A stretch of 64,000 nt of DNA from Flavobacteriales bacterium (GCA_039931265.1 JBDTSG010000147.1:85451-149450); one strand, 5' to 3'; positions 39,942 through 49,751 are shown, numbered from the stretch's first letter. The notes: a model not told the origin generated them from the sequence alone. Program-made: numbers and translations.

Positions 39942-41213
39942 ATGGAGAACACCCCGCTCGCGGAACGGATGCGACCACGAACCTTGGATGAGGTTGTAGG
40001 ACAGGAGCATCTGGTCGGCGGGGGTGGCATCCTGCGCAAAGCGTTGGCCAGCGGCATGTTGCCCAGCATGATCCTTTGGGGACCACCAGGGGTGGGCAAG
40101 ACCACCTTGGCGCGCCTCATCGCCGAGCGTCTGGGAAGACCCTTCCATACGTTGAGCGCGATAAGCAGCGGCGTGAAGGATGTACGCGAGGTGATCGAGA
40201 AGGCCGGAGGGGCAGGCCTCTTCTCGCGCAGCGCGGTGCTCTTCATCGACGAGATCCACCGCTTCAGCAAGGCGCAGCAGGACAGCTTGTTGGGCGCTGT
40301 GGAGAAAGGAACGATCACGCTGATCGGGGCCACTACCGAGAACCCCAGCTTCGAAGTGATCGGCGCACTGCTCTCCCGTTGCCAGGTCTACACCCTGCGC
40401 CCCTTGGCAGAGGAACATTTGATCGAGCTCCTCCAACGGGCAATGACAGAGGATGCGGAAGTCAAAGAGAAACGCATCGCATTGAAAGAGACAACGGCAC
40501 TCATGCGCGCCAGCGGAGGCGATGCGCGACGCTTGCTGAACATCTTCGAACTATGCGTGAAGGCCGTTGCCGGGGATACTGTGGAGATCACCGATGGGTT
40601 GGTGCAGGAGGTGGTGCAGAGCAACGCGGCGCGCTACGACAAGCAAGGCGAGCAGCACTACGACATCATCAGTGCCTTCATCAAAAGCATGCGTGGCAGC
40701 GACCCCAATGCCGCGGTTTATTGGTTGGCGCGCATGGTGGAGGGCGGTGAAGATCCATTGTTCATTGCGCGCCGCATGGTGATCCTCGCCAGCGAGGACA
40801 TCGGGAATGCCAACCCCAACGCACTGTTAATGGCCACCACGACCATGCAGGCCGCGCAAATGATCGGCTGGCCGGAAAGCAGGATCATCCTCAGCCAGTG
40901 TGCCATCTACTTGGCCTGTTCGCCGAAGAGCAACAGTGCCTATGCGGCCATTGGCGCTGCGCAGGCCGAAGTGGCGAAAAGCGGCGACCTGCCCGTGCCG
41001 TTGCACTTGCGGAATGCGCCAACCAAATTGATGAAGGGCCTTGGCTACGGTAGCAACTACAAGTACAGCCATGACCAAAGTGGGGTGGCGGCCGATCAGG
41101 ACTTCTTGCCCGATGCGATCAGCGGCACCGCGCTGTACCAGCCCGGCCAAAACTCACGCGAACAGGAATACGCTGCTCTGATCGAGCGTATATGGAAAGG
41201 GAAGTATCGGTAG
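39942..41213 (+). CDS. rarA: Replication-associated recombination protein A (AAA+ ATPase)
   Basis: MENTPLAERMRPRTLDEVVGQEHL, Walker A GPPGVGKTT, Walker B IDEIHRF, and the MgsA C-terminal domain. Confidence 0.92.
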   Translation: MENTPLAERMRPRTLDEVVGQEHLVGGGGILRKALASGMLPSMILWGPPGVGKTTLARLIAERLGRPFHTLSAISSGVKDVREVIEKAGGAGLFSRSAVLFIDEIHRFSKAQQDSLLGAVEKGTITLIGATTENPSFEVIGALLSRCQVYTLRPLAEEHLIELLQRAMTEDAEVKEKRIALKETTALMRASGGDARRLLNIFELCVKAVAGDTVEITDGLVQEVVQSNAARYDKQGEQHYDIISAFIKSMRGSDPNAAVYWLARMVEGGEDPLFIARRMVILASEDIGNANPNALLMATTTMQAAQMIGWPESRIILSQCAIYLACSPKSNSAYAAIGAAQAEVAKSGDLPVPLHLRNAPTKLMKGLGYGSNYKYSHDQSGVAADQDFLPDAISGTALYQPGQNSREQEYAALIERIWKGKYR

Positions 41214-41255
41214 GGCAGGTCAACTCGAAGCCTGATCCGCACTGGTCCACGTGGA

Positions 41256-41702
41256 TCATTTACCGCCTTCCATCTCGAGATGGGTCTTGTGCAGATCGTA
41301 GATGATACCGAAGCTTACGCACAAGCCTCCGAGGCCTTGCTCGAACATCTGCCACAAGACATCAACCACCACATGCACCACAGTGTGCTTGGCGAAGCTC
41401 ATGCCCAGAATGAACACCATGAGATAAACGACGAAGCCCGCCAATGCCCCAAGCCCCATCGCCTTCAGCGGAAAACCGCTCTGCAGGCTGATCACTTTGT
41501 GAACGATGGCCTTGTCAACGCCGACGGCCAGTGCCATACCGATCACCAAGTAGACAACGGCTGCAAGTATGAGGTACAGCGTAAGCGGGATGCGCAGTTC
41601 GGCCAGATCGCGCAACGCGATCCCATGCCACACATAGCTAAGGACGAACATAACCGCAGCGCTGGGCAGCCAACTGGCAAGGAAGCGGCGTCTGTGAAGC
41701 AT
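41256..41702 (-). CDS. Membrane protein (hypothetical)
   Basis: Four predicted TM helices. I chose the start at MLHRRRFLAS. Confidence 0.5.
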   Translation of the reverse strand: MLHRRRFLASWLPSAAVMFVLSYVWHGIALRDLAELRIPLTLYLILAAVVYLVIGMALAVGVDKAIVHKVISLQSGFPLKAMGLGALAGFVVYLMVFILGMSFAKHTVVHVVVDVLWQMFEQGLGGLCVSFGIIYDLHKTHLEMEGGK

Positions 41703-41798
41703 GGTCTCCTTCCCTTCGTTCACCACGGTACGAATGTACCGGGCATTGTCGCCGGATCATACACAACCGCCGCCAGCTACCTTGCACGCATCAGTTCC

Positions 41799-43403
41799 AT
41801 GAACGACAAGCGTCTGCACTGGGTTGCCTGCATGTTTTCAACTGCCGTGCTTCTAATAGGCTGCCGAAAGGACCGCCCCGCTCCGCGTTGGGATGTGGAA
41901 GTCACGGCCCCATTGGTCACCACTTCGCTTTCTGTCGCCGATGCCCTCGGCGATAGCCTGATCTCGGTCGGCGACGATGGGGTGATCTCAGTACTCTTCA
42001 CCGAACAGCTGTTCGCGTTGAGCCTCGATACCGTGCTGGACATCCCCGATACCGTCTTCTCCTACGGCGAACCATTCCCCTTCCTATCCCTATCGGTTCC
42101 ACCCGGCTATCTCTTGGCCAGCGACAACGAGGTCACCCGTTTCGATCTGGAAGATGTGCTATTGAGCCGGTTGGACATCCGCGAAGGCATCGCGCAGGTC
42201 TCGGTAGTAAGCTCGGTTGAAGCGCCGTTGATCATGACTTTCGGGCTCCCGGGCGCAACGCGCAACGGCGTTCCCTTCGAGGTCGTGAGCAACGTTCCGG
42301 CAGCTACGCCCGGAAGTACGGCTTCCGTGAACGTACCCGCTGATATCGCTGGCTATCGCTTCGACCTTCGCGGACCCTCTTTCGACGACGTGAACACCTT
42401 GGCCACGGAATTCGGTGGCTTGGTCGACCCTACGTATCCGACCAACGTAACGGTAACCAACCAGGACAGTGTGGTTGCCTTGGTGTCCTACTCCGGAATG
42501 GTGCCGCAATACGCGCGGGGCTACTTCGGGCAGCGAACGGTGCACCTCGGGCCCGAAGTCAACGACATCTCAAGTGATCTGGCCATAACGGCCAATTGGC
42601 TCGACATCGATCGGATCGCAGTACGCTTGAAACTGACGAACGGGATCGGGGTGGATGGGCAGGTGCAGCTGAACTACCTCACCAGTCAGAACAGCAACAC
42701 CGGACAGAACGTGGATCTCAACCATGCGATCACCACTGGCACGGTACAATTGAACCGCGCCATTGATCTCGGATACGGCCACATCCCTTCCATTAGCGTG
42801 TACACACTGGATGAGACCAACAGCAATGTGGATCTCTTCGTGGAGAACCTGCCCGATGTTATCGGCTTCGAGGCCGACCTCACCTTGAACCCTCTCGGCA
42901 ACATCAGCAACGGCAACGATTTCCTCTACTACGACAGCAAGCTCAGCGCCGACTTGGAGGTGGAGATACCGCTGTGCCTCGCGGTGAACGGCCTGCAACT
43001 ACAAAGCATCGCCGTGCCCGACCTGCCCGGGACATCGGAGAACCATGGCCTACGTGAAGGCGAACTGATGCTCTTCGCTATGAACGGGTTCCCGTTCGAT
43101 GCGTCCATGCAGTTGGAGATCATCGACGCCGATTGGAATGTGCTGAGCAATGTGCCGGTGGCAGGCACAATAGCCAGTGGCTTGCTCGGGACCGATGGCT
43201 TCGTGGAAACACCTGTTGAAAGCAAACTGACCGCGCCCATCAGCGAGGCCCAAGTGGATATGCTTTACAATGGCGGCCGCCTACGCATCACCTCTCTGTA
43301 CAACACGGCCAACCAACCGCAACAAGTGAAGATCCTCGATCGCTACCGGCTGGACCTTCAGGTGACGGTGCGCGGCACATACACCGTGAACGGGGATGAG
43401 TGA
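41799..43403 (+). CDS. Hypothetical lipoprotein (about 534 aa)
   Basis: MNDKRLHWVACMFSTAVLLIGC is a lipobox-type signal. The track ORF's first 173 codons are antisense to the membrane protein gene. Confidence 0.55.
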   Translation: MNDKRLHWVACMFSTAVLLIGCRKDRPAPRWDVEVTAPLVTTSLSVADALGDSLISVGDDGVISVLFTEQLFALSLDTVLDIPDTVFSYGEPFPFLSLSVPPGYLLASDNEVTRFDLEDVLLSRLDIREGIAQVSVVSSVEAPLIMTFGLPGATRNGVPFEVVSNVPAATPGSTASVNVPADIAGYRFDLRGPSFDDVNTLATEFGGLVDPTYPTNVTVTNQDSVVALVSYSGMVPQYARGYFGQRTVHLGPEVNDISSDLAITANWLDIDRIAVRLKLTNGIGVDGQVQLNYLTSQNSNTGQNVDLNHAITTGTVQLNRAIDLGYGHIPSISVYTLDETNSNVDLFVENLPDVIGFEADLTLNPLGNISNGNDFLYYDSKLSADLEVEIPLCLAVNGLQLQSIAVPDLPGTSENHGLREGELMLFAMNGFPFDASMQLEIIDADWNVLSNVPVAGTIASGLLGTDGFVETPVESKLTAPISEAQVDMLYNGGRLRITSLYNTANQPQQVKILDRYRLDLQVTVRGTYTVNGDE

Positions 43404-44748
43404 GAAAGTGAGGAGCGGGATCCGGGGCAGTTGGCAAGCGGGTGTCCTCATCGTTCCGCTCGTTTTCCGGTCGCTGATCGGAGGGGCACAGGTGAGCGAG
43501 GCGACCATTGATACGTTGCCGAGGATCGCTTCACAGGAAGAGGTGGTGGTCCCGCACGTTTACAGAAGCGCACCCGGTCATGCGGAGAAGAACCGGCTCC
43601 AGGTCGAGGCTTCGGGGTTGTACGATTCCAATGCGTTGCGCAACGACCTTGTCTCAGGCATGCGACGGGGCGATGTGTTGAGCGAAGATCTGCGCCGTAC
43701 CACGCAGGACGAATTGAAGGGGAACAACCGCGCCGGTTACGCGCTCGACTTCCGCGTTTCCTATGCATGGGGTGATTCCCTTTTCGGTGATGGGAGCATA
43801 CGTCCGACGGTGAGCATTGGGCACCACGACGCAATGGGCGTGCGGTTCGCCGACGATCTCTACGACCTCACTTTCTTCGGCAACACGCAATTCGAGAACA
43901 AGACGGCAAGCCTCGGCGGAACGGCATTCACGCAGATAACCTACCAGACCTTCGGCTTCGGCTTCCAAGGCACAACGACGAACAGTTTCCTGCGGTTGGA
44001 ACTGGTGAACGGCCAGCGCATGAACAGCGCCACGTTGCGCAAGGCGGACCTGTTCACCGCCACCGATGGCCGCTTCCTCCAGCTCGATCTCGACGGCAGT
44101 TACGCGCGCAGCGATACGGCCAGTTCGTCATTCGGCACGAGCAGCGGCTTAGGGCTAGCGTTGAGTGCAGCAGTTGAGAAACCGATCATGCTTTTCGGAA
44201 CGAAAGGCAGCTTCCGGATCAGCGTTACCGATCTTGGCTTCGTGGCATGGAACGGCAATGCCCAGCGCATCGTCAACAACTCTACCATCCGCTATGAGGG
44301 CATCGAGGTCGACAACATCTTCGACTTGGATGGTGTGGTCTTGAACCAAGCTGAGCTTCAGGACACCATTGGCCTGTCCTATTCAACCGGTGCTTTCAGC
44401 CAGCTCCTGCCAACGAAACTCGAGGCCCGCATCCGCACCAACAGACGCACTTCCGGGGCGTACGTCTACCCGAACACATACATCTGGGAACTTGTGATCG
44501 ACCAGCGGAACCTTCCCGGTTACGCACCGCTGATCATGCTGACGCGTTCGTTCTGGAGCGAGCGTCAATTGAAAGCTGAAGTGAGCCTTTCCCACGGTGG
44601 TTTCGGTGGCACCCGCGTCGGTATCGGTGCGATGTGGCTCGCCTCGCCGTCGTTCATAGTCGGGTTGCGCATACCCAACATCATCGGCCCGCTTTCGGGC
44701 TCCGGCCACGGGGCCGCGGTCCTCTTGGGGATCGATGTTGCTCTTTGA
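43396..44748 (+). CDS. Hypothetical outer-membrane-like protein (about 450 aa)
   Basis: The start overlaps the previous stop by 8 nt. It has an N-terminal hydrophobic segment and an alternating beta-strand-like pattern rich in G/S/T/aromatics. Confidence 0.5.
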   Translation: MSEKVRSGIRGSWQAGVLIVPLVFRSLIGGAQVSEATIDTLPRIASQEEVVVPHVYRSAPGHAEKNRLQVEASGLYDSNALRNDLVSGMRRGDVLSEDLRRTTQDELKGNNRAGYALDFRVSYAWGDSLFGDGSIRPTVSIGHHDAMGVRFADDLYDLTFFGNTQFENKTASLGGTAFTQITYQTFGFGFQGTTTNSFLRLELVNGQRMNSATLRKADLFTATDGRFLQLDLDGSYARSDTASSSFGTSSGLGLALSAAVEKPIMLFGTKGSFRISVTDLGFVAWNGNAQRIVNNSTIRYEGIEVDNIFDLDGVVLNQAELQDTIGLSYSTGAFSQLLPTKLEARIRTNRRTSGAYVYPNTYIWELVIDQRNLPGYAPLIMLTRSFWSERQLKAEVSLSHGGFGGTRVGIGAMWLASPSFIVGLRIPNIIGPLSGSGHGAAVLLGIDVAL

Positions 44749-44768
44749 GCAACCTGCTTCCCTATCGG

Positions 44769-46157
44769 TCAGTCCTTCACGAAAACCGAACGTTCGCAGC
44801 GCTCGCAGCTCCGGATCTCAAGCACGTATTGCCCGGTCGCGAAACCGGTCAAGGACAATTCGAGCGGAGCGCCGCCGCCGTCGCCAACAGCTTGCTCACG
44901 GACCAACCGGCCCATGTGGTCCGTGATACGGAGTGTTGCGCCGTTGCCGCACAACGGTCCGGTAACAACGTGAAGCACATCACCGGCCGGCTGCGGGAAC
45001 AAGGTCATCGTTGAGGACGTCGCACCGCTCACGCCCAAGCTGATGCCGGAGAAAGCCAAGTCATCCAGGTAAAGCACCGAACCCGGATCGTTGCCGGCGT
45101 AAACCTGAAGGATCAACGTATCGGGTGAGTTGAACAAAGTGATCGGGGCACCGGCGAAAGTCCAGTTCGATGTTGTGGCTGTGAAGTACAAGTAGGCCTG
45201 CGCCACGATCAACCCATTGCTGACGAACAGCGCGCCGATCCCGGCCGTATCGGCCCCCACCGGAGCGTATTGGTAGAACGCGGTCATAAGCGATGGGGTA
45301 TCGGTGTAGGGAATGCCCGCGAACAACCCACCAGCGAAGATGTTCCCGTTCGTCAGGATGCCTGGCAGTGTATCGCCGCCCAGATCGAGCGTTTCCATGC
45401 GCACGGAGAAGTTGCCGGTATGCGCCATAGTGCTCTTCGTGATCGGTGTGAGGCCCAACTGTAAGAGCAGCGGGTTGAACGTGAACCAATTGTCCGGCTC
45501 CTCCGAACCAACATCCGTCCAATCCTCCATGCCGTTGTTGGGCACCTCGTCGGGGTTGAGCACGTTCGCACTGGTTAGCCGGAGACCGTCCACCTCGATC
45601 CATGATCCAGCCGCCATGCCGGTCAGCGAGAAAGGGTTGCTGCTCGTCACGGCCACTATCACGCTGTCCACCGGGGTCGCAACACCACCGTTCACCGGGA
45701 AATTGAACGCGGTCCATTGCGGTTGCGAACCACCAACAAGTTCCAGCAGCGTATCCGTGATAGATCCATTCTTCCAGATCAACAGGTAGATCATCGCCGA
45801 ATCGCTCGGCATCAGGTCATAGCGATACCATCCTTGCATCGCATCAACATCCGTGGTGAAGGGCACTCCCCGGGTGGCAATGCCGTTCACGAAATCGCCG
45901 TGCAGGATGAAACCGAAAGTGGTGTCCGTACCAACACCGACCGTTTCCAGATGCGCGGCGTACTGGCCCACTTGTCCGGTGACTTTCGTTGTGGTGACGA
46001 CACCCGGGATCTGGTAGTTGCCGTTGTTCCACTCATCGATGTTCTCGTAGACGGTGACGCTCGACCAACCTTCGAAAGTGCCGTTCGCGATCTGCTGAGC
46101 GTGTATGGCGCAAGCAGAAAAACAGAGGACGGTAACGATTTGGGAACGGGCGGTCAT
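44769..46157 (-). CDS. Secreted protein with T9SS C-terminal sorting domain
   Basis: Signal peptide MTARSQIVTVLCFSACAIHAQ; C-terminus LFPQPAGDVLHV...ITDHMGRLV...GQYVLEI...VFVKD. Confidence 0.75.
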   Translation of the reverse strand: MTARSQIVTVLCFSACAIHAQQIANGTFEGWSSVTVYENIDEWNNGNYQIPGVVTTTKVTGQVGQYAAHLETVGVGTDTTFGFILHGDFVNGIATRGVPFTTDVDAMQGWYRYDLMPSDSAMIYLLIWKNGSITDTLLELVGGSQPQWTAFNFPVNGGVATPVDSVIVAVTSSNPFSLTGMAAGSWIEVDGLRLTSANVLNPDEVPNNGMEDWTDVGSEEPDNWFTFNPLLLQLGLTPITKSTMAHTGNFSVRMETLDLGGDTLPGILTNGNIFAGGLFAGIPYTDTPSLMTAFYQYAPVGADTAGIGALFVSNGLIVAQAYLYFTATTSNWTFAGAPITLFNSPDTLILQVYAGNDPGSVLYLDDLAFSGISLGVSGATSSTMTLFPQPAGDVLHVVTGPLCGNGATLRITDHMGRLVREQAVGDGGGAPLELSLTGFATGQYVLEIRSCERCERSVFVKD

Positions 46158-46215
46158 GGCGTGGGATTGGCATGGCGAATCTATCCGACCGCTTGCTCCC
46201 TGTACAGCCGCTCCC

Positions 46216-46647
46216 TTACTCCCCGATGTCCTCGTTCCAAAGAGCAGGTTCCGCTGCGATGAACTCTTCCATCATCGCCACGCACTCCGGCAGGTCAAGG
46301 TCGATCACTTCCACACCGTGACTTTCCATGAAGGCGCGGGCTCCCGCGAACGTCCGGCTCTCGCCCACGACCACCTTCTTGATCTTGAACTGAACGATGG
46401 TGCCCGCGCACATGTAACACGGCATCAGCGTAGAGTAGATCGTGGTGCCCTTGTAACTGCCGATACGGCCCGCGTTGTTGAGGCAATCCATTTCGCCATG
46501 CAGGATCGGGTTCTTCTCCTGCACGCGCTTGTTGTGGCCACGTGCGATCATCTTCCCATCGCGCACCAACACGGAGCCGATAGGGATGCCGCCTTGCGAC
46601 CGGCCCAAGCGAGCTTCGGCAATCGCCGCTTGCATGTGCTCGTCCAT
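46216..46647 (-). CDS. CDA-fold nucleoside/nucleobase deaminase, yeast FCY1-type cytosine deaminase-like
   Basis: Zinc motifs HGEMDC and PCYMCAG. The sequence is colinear, from memory, with yeast Fcy1 (GGIPIG..., RGHN..., TLHGE..., TLSPCDMCTG..., C-terminal WFEDIGE versus LWNEDIGE here). Confidence 0.75.
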   Translation of the reverse strand: MDEHMQAAIAEARLGRSQGGIPIGSVLVRDGKMIARGHNKRVQEKNPILHGEMDCLNNAGRIGSYKGTTIYSTLMPCYMCAGTIVQFKIKKVVVGESRTFAGARAFMESHGVEVIDLDLPECVAMMEEFIAAEPALWNEDIGE

Positions 46648-46651
46648 AGGT

Positions 46652-47824
46652 CTAGTTGAGCTTCTTGAGGATCCCCGCGGGCACGCCCTTCTTGTTCACC
46701 ATGAAGCCGGTGGTTTTGTACCGGACAAAGTTCTTGCTCATGCACAGGTAGCCTTCGAAATCATTCTCGGTGCCCCAGCTGTTCTTTACGATATACCAGT
46801 CCTTGCCGGACTCGTCCGCAGCGATACCGGTGATCTGCATGCCGTGGTCATCGGTGGTGGTATAATCGTCATACGCTTCCTGCCGCATTTGCTCTGTGAT
46901 CTCACGCTCTGGCTGGGGGCCGTCGAACAAGTGTTCCTTCTCCTCCTTGCTCATGTCCGCGATCTCTTTCACGGGAACGTAAGCCACCCCGTTCTTCCAA
47001 CTGAAGGTCTTCTCGCTCACGTCGCCACCCCAGGAGATGGTATAGCCCGCCCGCAGCGCATTGTCGATGATCGTGATGATATCCTCCATCGGGATGTTCC
47101 AGTCTGACTGGAAGGCCCAATTGTCCGGGACCATCATCATCGTCTTCGTATAGTATGGGGCGTTGTTCACTGAGACGAATTCGATGTAATCGGCCGGGTC
47201 CACCTTCACTATGTCCTTGGCGAACGACTTCGGGTCGTACGTCTTGCCGTCGTAGGTGAACTGTGCCGGGGCGGGGCCCAGATAGGCATCGAGCACGCTG
47301 GTGAAGGCCTTCTTCCAAACCGGTGTCAGCTTGCCGCCGTTCGGCGCGGTGATCAAGGCATCCAGCATTCCTTTCAACATCGCCTGCATCTCCCCGAAAG
47401 CGTTCCCCTTGGTGCCGTAGTTCAGGCCCAGATAGCTCTCCTCCGGGATCGCACCATACTTCGCATACATGTTCATCACATCGTGCGGCTCGCCACCATC
47501 ACCCCAACTCACCGCGCCGTGCATGCGCACGAAGTTCACGGCCTTCTCCTCGTAGACCCAGCGCGCACTGTACATCTTGCTCAAGTGGATCGGCGGCCCG
47601 CCCTTCTTCACCATTTCGCTTTCCAGGAACGAGTTCGCCGAATAGCTCCAGCAAGTGCCCGAGTTGCCCTGATCCTGCACGGGTGTGGCTTCCGTGCTCA
47701 CCACCGTGGTGAAGCGGAATTTGGAGCTATCGCTTTTGTTCCCGCTGATCTTACTGATCAGTTCGGGCTGGGCGGCGGCAAGGCTACCGATGACCGTAGC
47801 AACGGCGAATGTTGTAAGGCGCAT
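46652..47824 (-). CDS. C1-family cysteine peptidase (aminopeptidase C / bleomycin hydrolase-like) with signal peptide
   Basis: Catalytic Cys block QGNSGTCWSYSANSF and the C-terminal blocks DHGMQITG and WYIVKNSWG. The stop lies 4 nt before the deaminase ATG. Confidence 0.8.
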   Translation of the reverse strand: MRLTTFAVATVIGSLAAAQPELISKISGNKSDSSKFRFTTVVSTEATPVQDQGNSGTCWSYSANSFLESEMVKKGGPPIHLSKMYSARWVYEEKAVNFVRMHGAVSWGDGGEPHDVMNMYAKYGAIPEESYLGLNYGTKGNAFGEMQAMLKGMLDALITAPNGGKLTPVWKKAFTSVLDAYLGPAPAQFTYDGKTYDPKSFAKDIVKVDPADYIEFVSVNNAPYYTKTMMMVPDNWAFQSDWNIPMEDIITIIDNALRAGYTISWGGDVSEKTFSWKNGVAYVPVKEIADMSKEEKEHLFDGPQPEREITEQMRQEAYDDYTTTDDHGMQITGIAADESGKDWYIVKNSWGTENDFEGYLCMSKNFVRYKTTGFMVNKKGVPAGILKKLN

Positions 47825-47905
47825 GACAAGGGGTTGGGCGCGCGAAACTATCCACATCGCCGATGCGCGATGATTCGGTACGCAAACGGTGGAATGAGGG
47901 ACGGA

Positions 47906-49255
47906 TCAGCCCTTGTAATGCCTCGGCTTCTTCTTCACCAAAGCCTCCGCAGGTTCCGGCACCCAATGGTGCAAGCCGCCCGCGAGCGGATCATCGAAGG
48001 TCTTCGGGATGTTACCGGCGGCCGTGCGCTCGCCCCAGGTGAGGTGTTGCTTGCCATCGTCGCGGCGCTCCATGGTGATGCAGCCTTCCACCGGGCAAAC
48101 GAGTGAGCAGAGGTTGCAGCCCACACAGTTCTCCTCAATGATGCTCGGGATGCGGATGGCGGGATCGCTGGACAAGGCGATGGCTTGGTGCGCGCCGTCC
48201 TCACAGGCGGTGTAGCAGAGCTGGCAGCCGATGCACTTGTCGGGGTTGATGTCCGCGACGACCTTGTACTTGAGATTGAGGTCCTCCCAGTGCATGATGT
48301 TCGGCAGTGCCTTGCCGCGCATCTGCTCGATGGTCTTGAAGCCCTTCGAATCCATATAGCTCTCCAGGCCGGGCAGCAGCTCGCGGATAATGCCGAAGCC
48401 GTAATGCATCACGGCGGTACATACTTGCACGGTCGTGGCGCCCAGCAGGATGAACTCCACAGCATCGCGCCAGTTCTCCACGCCGCCGATGCCGCTGATC
48501 GGCAGTTGCACGTTGGGACTTTGTGCGCAGTTCTTCACCATGTTCAGCGCGATCGGCTTCACGGCCGGGCCGCAGTAGCCTCCGTTCGTGCTCTTGCCAT
48601 CCACAACAGGGTATGGAACGAAGTTGTCGATGTCCACGCCTACGATGCTCTGGATCGTATTGATCAACGAGATCGCATCGCCACCTCCTTCTTTCGCCGC
48701 GGTCGCAGGTCGCGTGATGTCCGAGATGTTCGGCGTGAGCTTGACGATCACGGGGATCTTCGCGACTTCCTTCACCCAGCCCACGATCATCTTCAGGATC
48801 TTCGGCTCCTGCCCCACCGCGCTGCCCATGCCGCGTTCGCACATGCCGTGCGGACAACCGAAGTTCAACTCGATGCCATCGGCGCCTGCGTTCTCCACGT
48901 CACGCACGATCTGGTGCCATTCCTCCTTCGTCTCCACCATCAACGAGGCGATCACCGCGTTGTCCGGGAAGCGCTTCTTCACCTCGCTGATCTCGCGCAG
49001 GTTGTCCTTCAGCGGGCGGTCGGTGATAAGCTCGATGTTGTTGAAGCCGATCATGCGGCTGTTGCGATAGTTCACGCTGCCATAGCGGCTGCTCACGTTC
49101 ACCACGGGTACGCCGAGGGTCTTCCACACGGCTCCGCCCCAACCCGCGTCGAAGGCTTTCATGATCTGGTAGCCGCTGTTCGTTGGCGGGGCTGAAGCCA
49201 GCCAGAAAGGGTTCGGGGATTTGATCCCTGCGAGGTTCGTTCTCAGATCTGCCAT
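47906..49255 (-). CDS. preA: NAD-dependent dihydropyrimidine dehydrogenase subunit PreA
   Basis: Dihydroorotate-dehydrogenase-like TIM barrel (NFGCPHGM, ISGIGGV) plus two C-terminal 4Fe-4S motifs (CIGCQLCYTACEDG, CVGCNLCSLVCPVEGC). Confidence 0.88.
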   Translation of the reverse strand: MADLRTNLAGIKSPNPFWLASAPPTNSGYQIMKAFDAGWGGAVWKTLGVPVVNVSSRYGSVNYRNSRMIGFNNIELITDRPLKDNLREISEVKKRFPDNAVIASLMVETKEEWHQIVRDVENAGADGIELNFGCPHGMCERGMGSAVGQEPKILKMIVGWVKEVAKIPVIVKLTPNISDITRPATAAKEGGGDAISLINTIQSIVGVDIDNFVPYPVVDGKSTNGGYCGPAVKPIALNMVKNCAQSPNVQLPISGIGGVENWRDAVEFILLGATTVQVCTAVMHYGFGIIRELLPGLESYMDSKGFKTIEQMRGKALPNIMHWEDLNLKYKVVADINPDKCIGCQLCYTACEDGAHQAIALSSDPAIRIPSIIEENCVGCNLCSLVCPVEGCITMERRDDGKQHLTWGERTAAGNIPKTFDDPLAGGLHHWVPEPAEALVKKKPRHYKG

Positions 49256-49265
49256 GTCAATGGGT

Positions 49266-49296
49266 CAATTAGCGAATTAGCCAAGTAGCGAATGGG
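49266..49296. repeat. AATTAGCGAAT-unit inverted-repeat arm (distal arm of the hairpin enclosing the four-helix-bundle gene)
   Basis: caattagcgaattagccaagtagcgaatggg. Its inner 11 nt (tagcgaatggg) are the exact reverse complement of 49747-49757, and the outer units pair with 49758-49770 after a 6-nt bulge. Confidence 0.8.
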
Positions 49297-49298
49297 CG

Positions 49299-49751
49299 CT
49301 AGCCCAAGCGCTTCTTGGCTGTGCTGATGGTCTTGTTCAGGATGCGTAGGATGTTCTGGAGGCGGTCGATCAGCCCCGGATCGTTGCCTTTGTCGTTCGA
49401 TGCGGCAAGCAGATGGTACCAGTACTCGGTCTCATCGGCTTCCTTCAAAGCGGCCTTCATCTTGTGAATGAAGTCTTTGAGGCTTTCGGCGTTCTGTGCC
49501 TCCTTGACGTTCGCTCCGATCGAGCAGCCGGAACGTTGGATCTGATTGAGTAACCAACGGCGTTCGTTGCCCAGTCGATCCGAGTACTTCAGAACGGCAA
49601 CCGCGAATTCGAACGACTGTCGAAGGATAACGTTCTCACGATACAACGGACTGCTGGAGTAAGCTGCCGCAGGCTCGTTCACAACATGCTCATCAGCAGA
49701 AGTCGCCTCTTCGCACAACGCACTCCATTCCGATGTCACCACGGTCCCCAT
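49299..49751 (-). CDS. Four-helix-bundle protein (23S rRNA intervening-sequence protein family)
   Basis: FEFAVAVLKY...QIQRSGCSIGANVKEAQNAES.KDFIHKMKAALKEADETEYWYHLL is the signature of the TIGR02436-type family. It is inserted between preT and preA. Confidence 0.85.
   Translation of the reverse strand: MGTVVTSEWSALCEEATSADEHVVNEPAAAYSSSPLYRENVILRQSFEFAVAVLKYSDRLGNERRWLLNQIQRSGCSIGANVKEAQNAESLKDFIHKMKAALKEADETEYWYHLLAASNDKGNDPGLIDRLQNILRILNKTISTAKKRLG

Noticed and set aside
39863-40333. First 157 codons of the 796-aa minus-strand ORF, and first 89 codons of the 512-aa plus-strand ORF (39675-39941)
   Set aside because: The two extensions run antisense into the neighbouring divergent gene. The kinase has a proper signal peptide at 39862, and RarA has its conserved N-terminus at 39942.
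41280-41798. First 173 codons of the 707-aa ORF
   Set aside because: This part is antisense to the four-TM membrane protein gene. The lipoprotein signal MNDKRLHWVACMFSTAVLLIGC begins at 41799.
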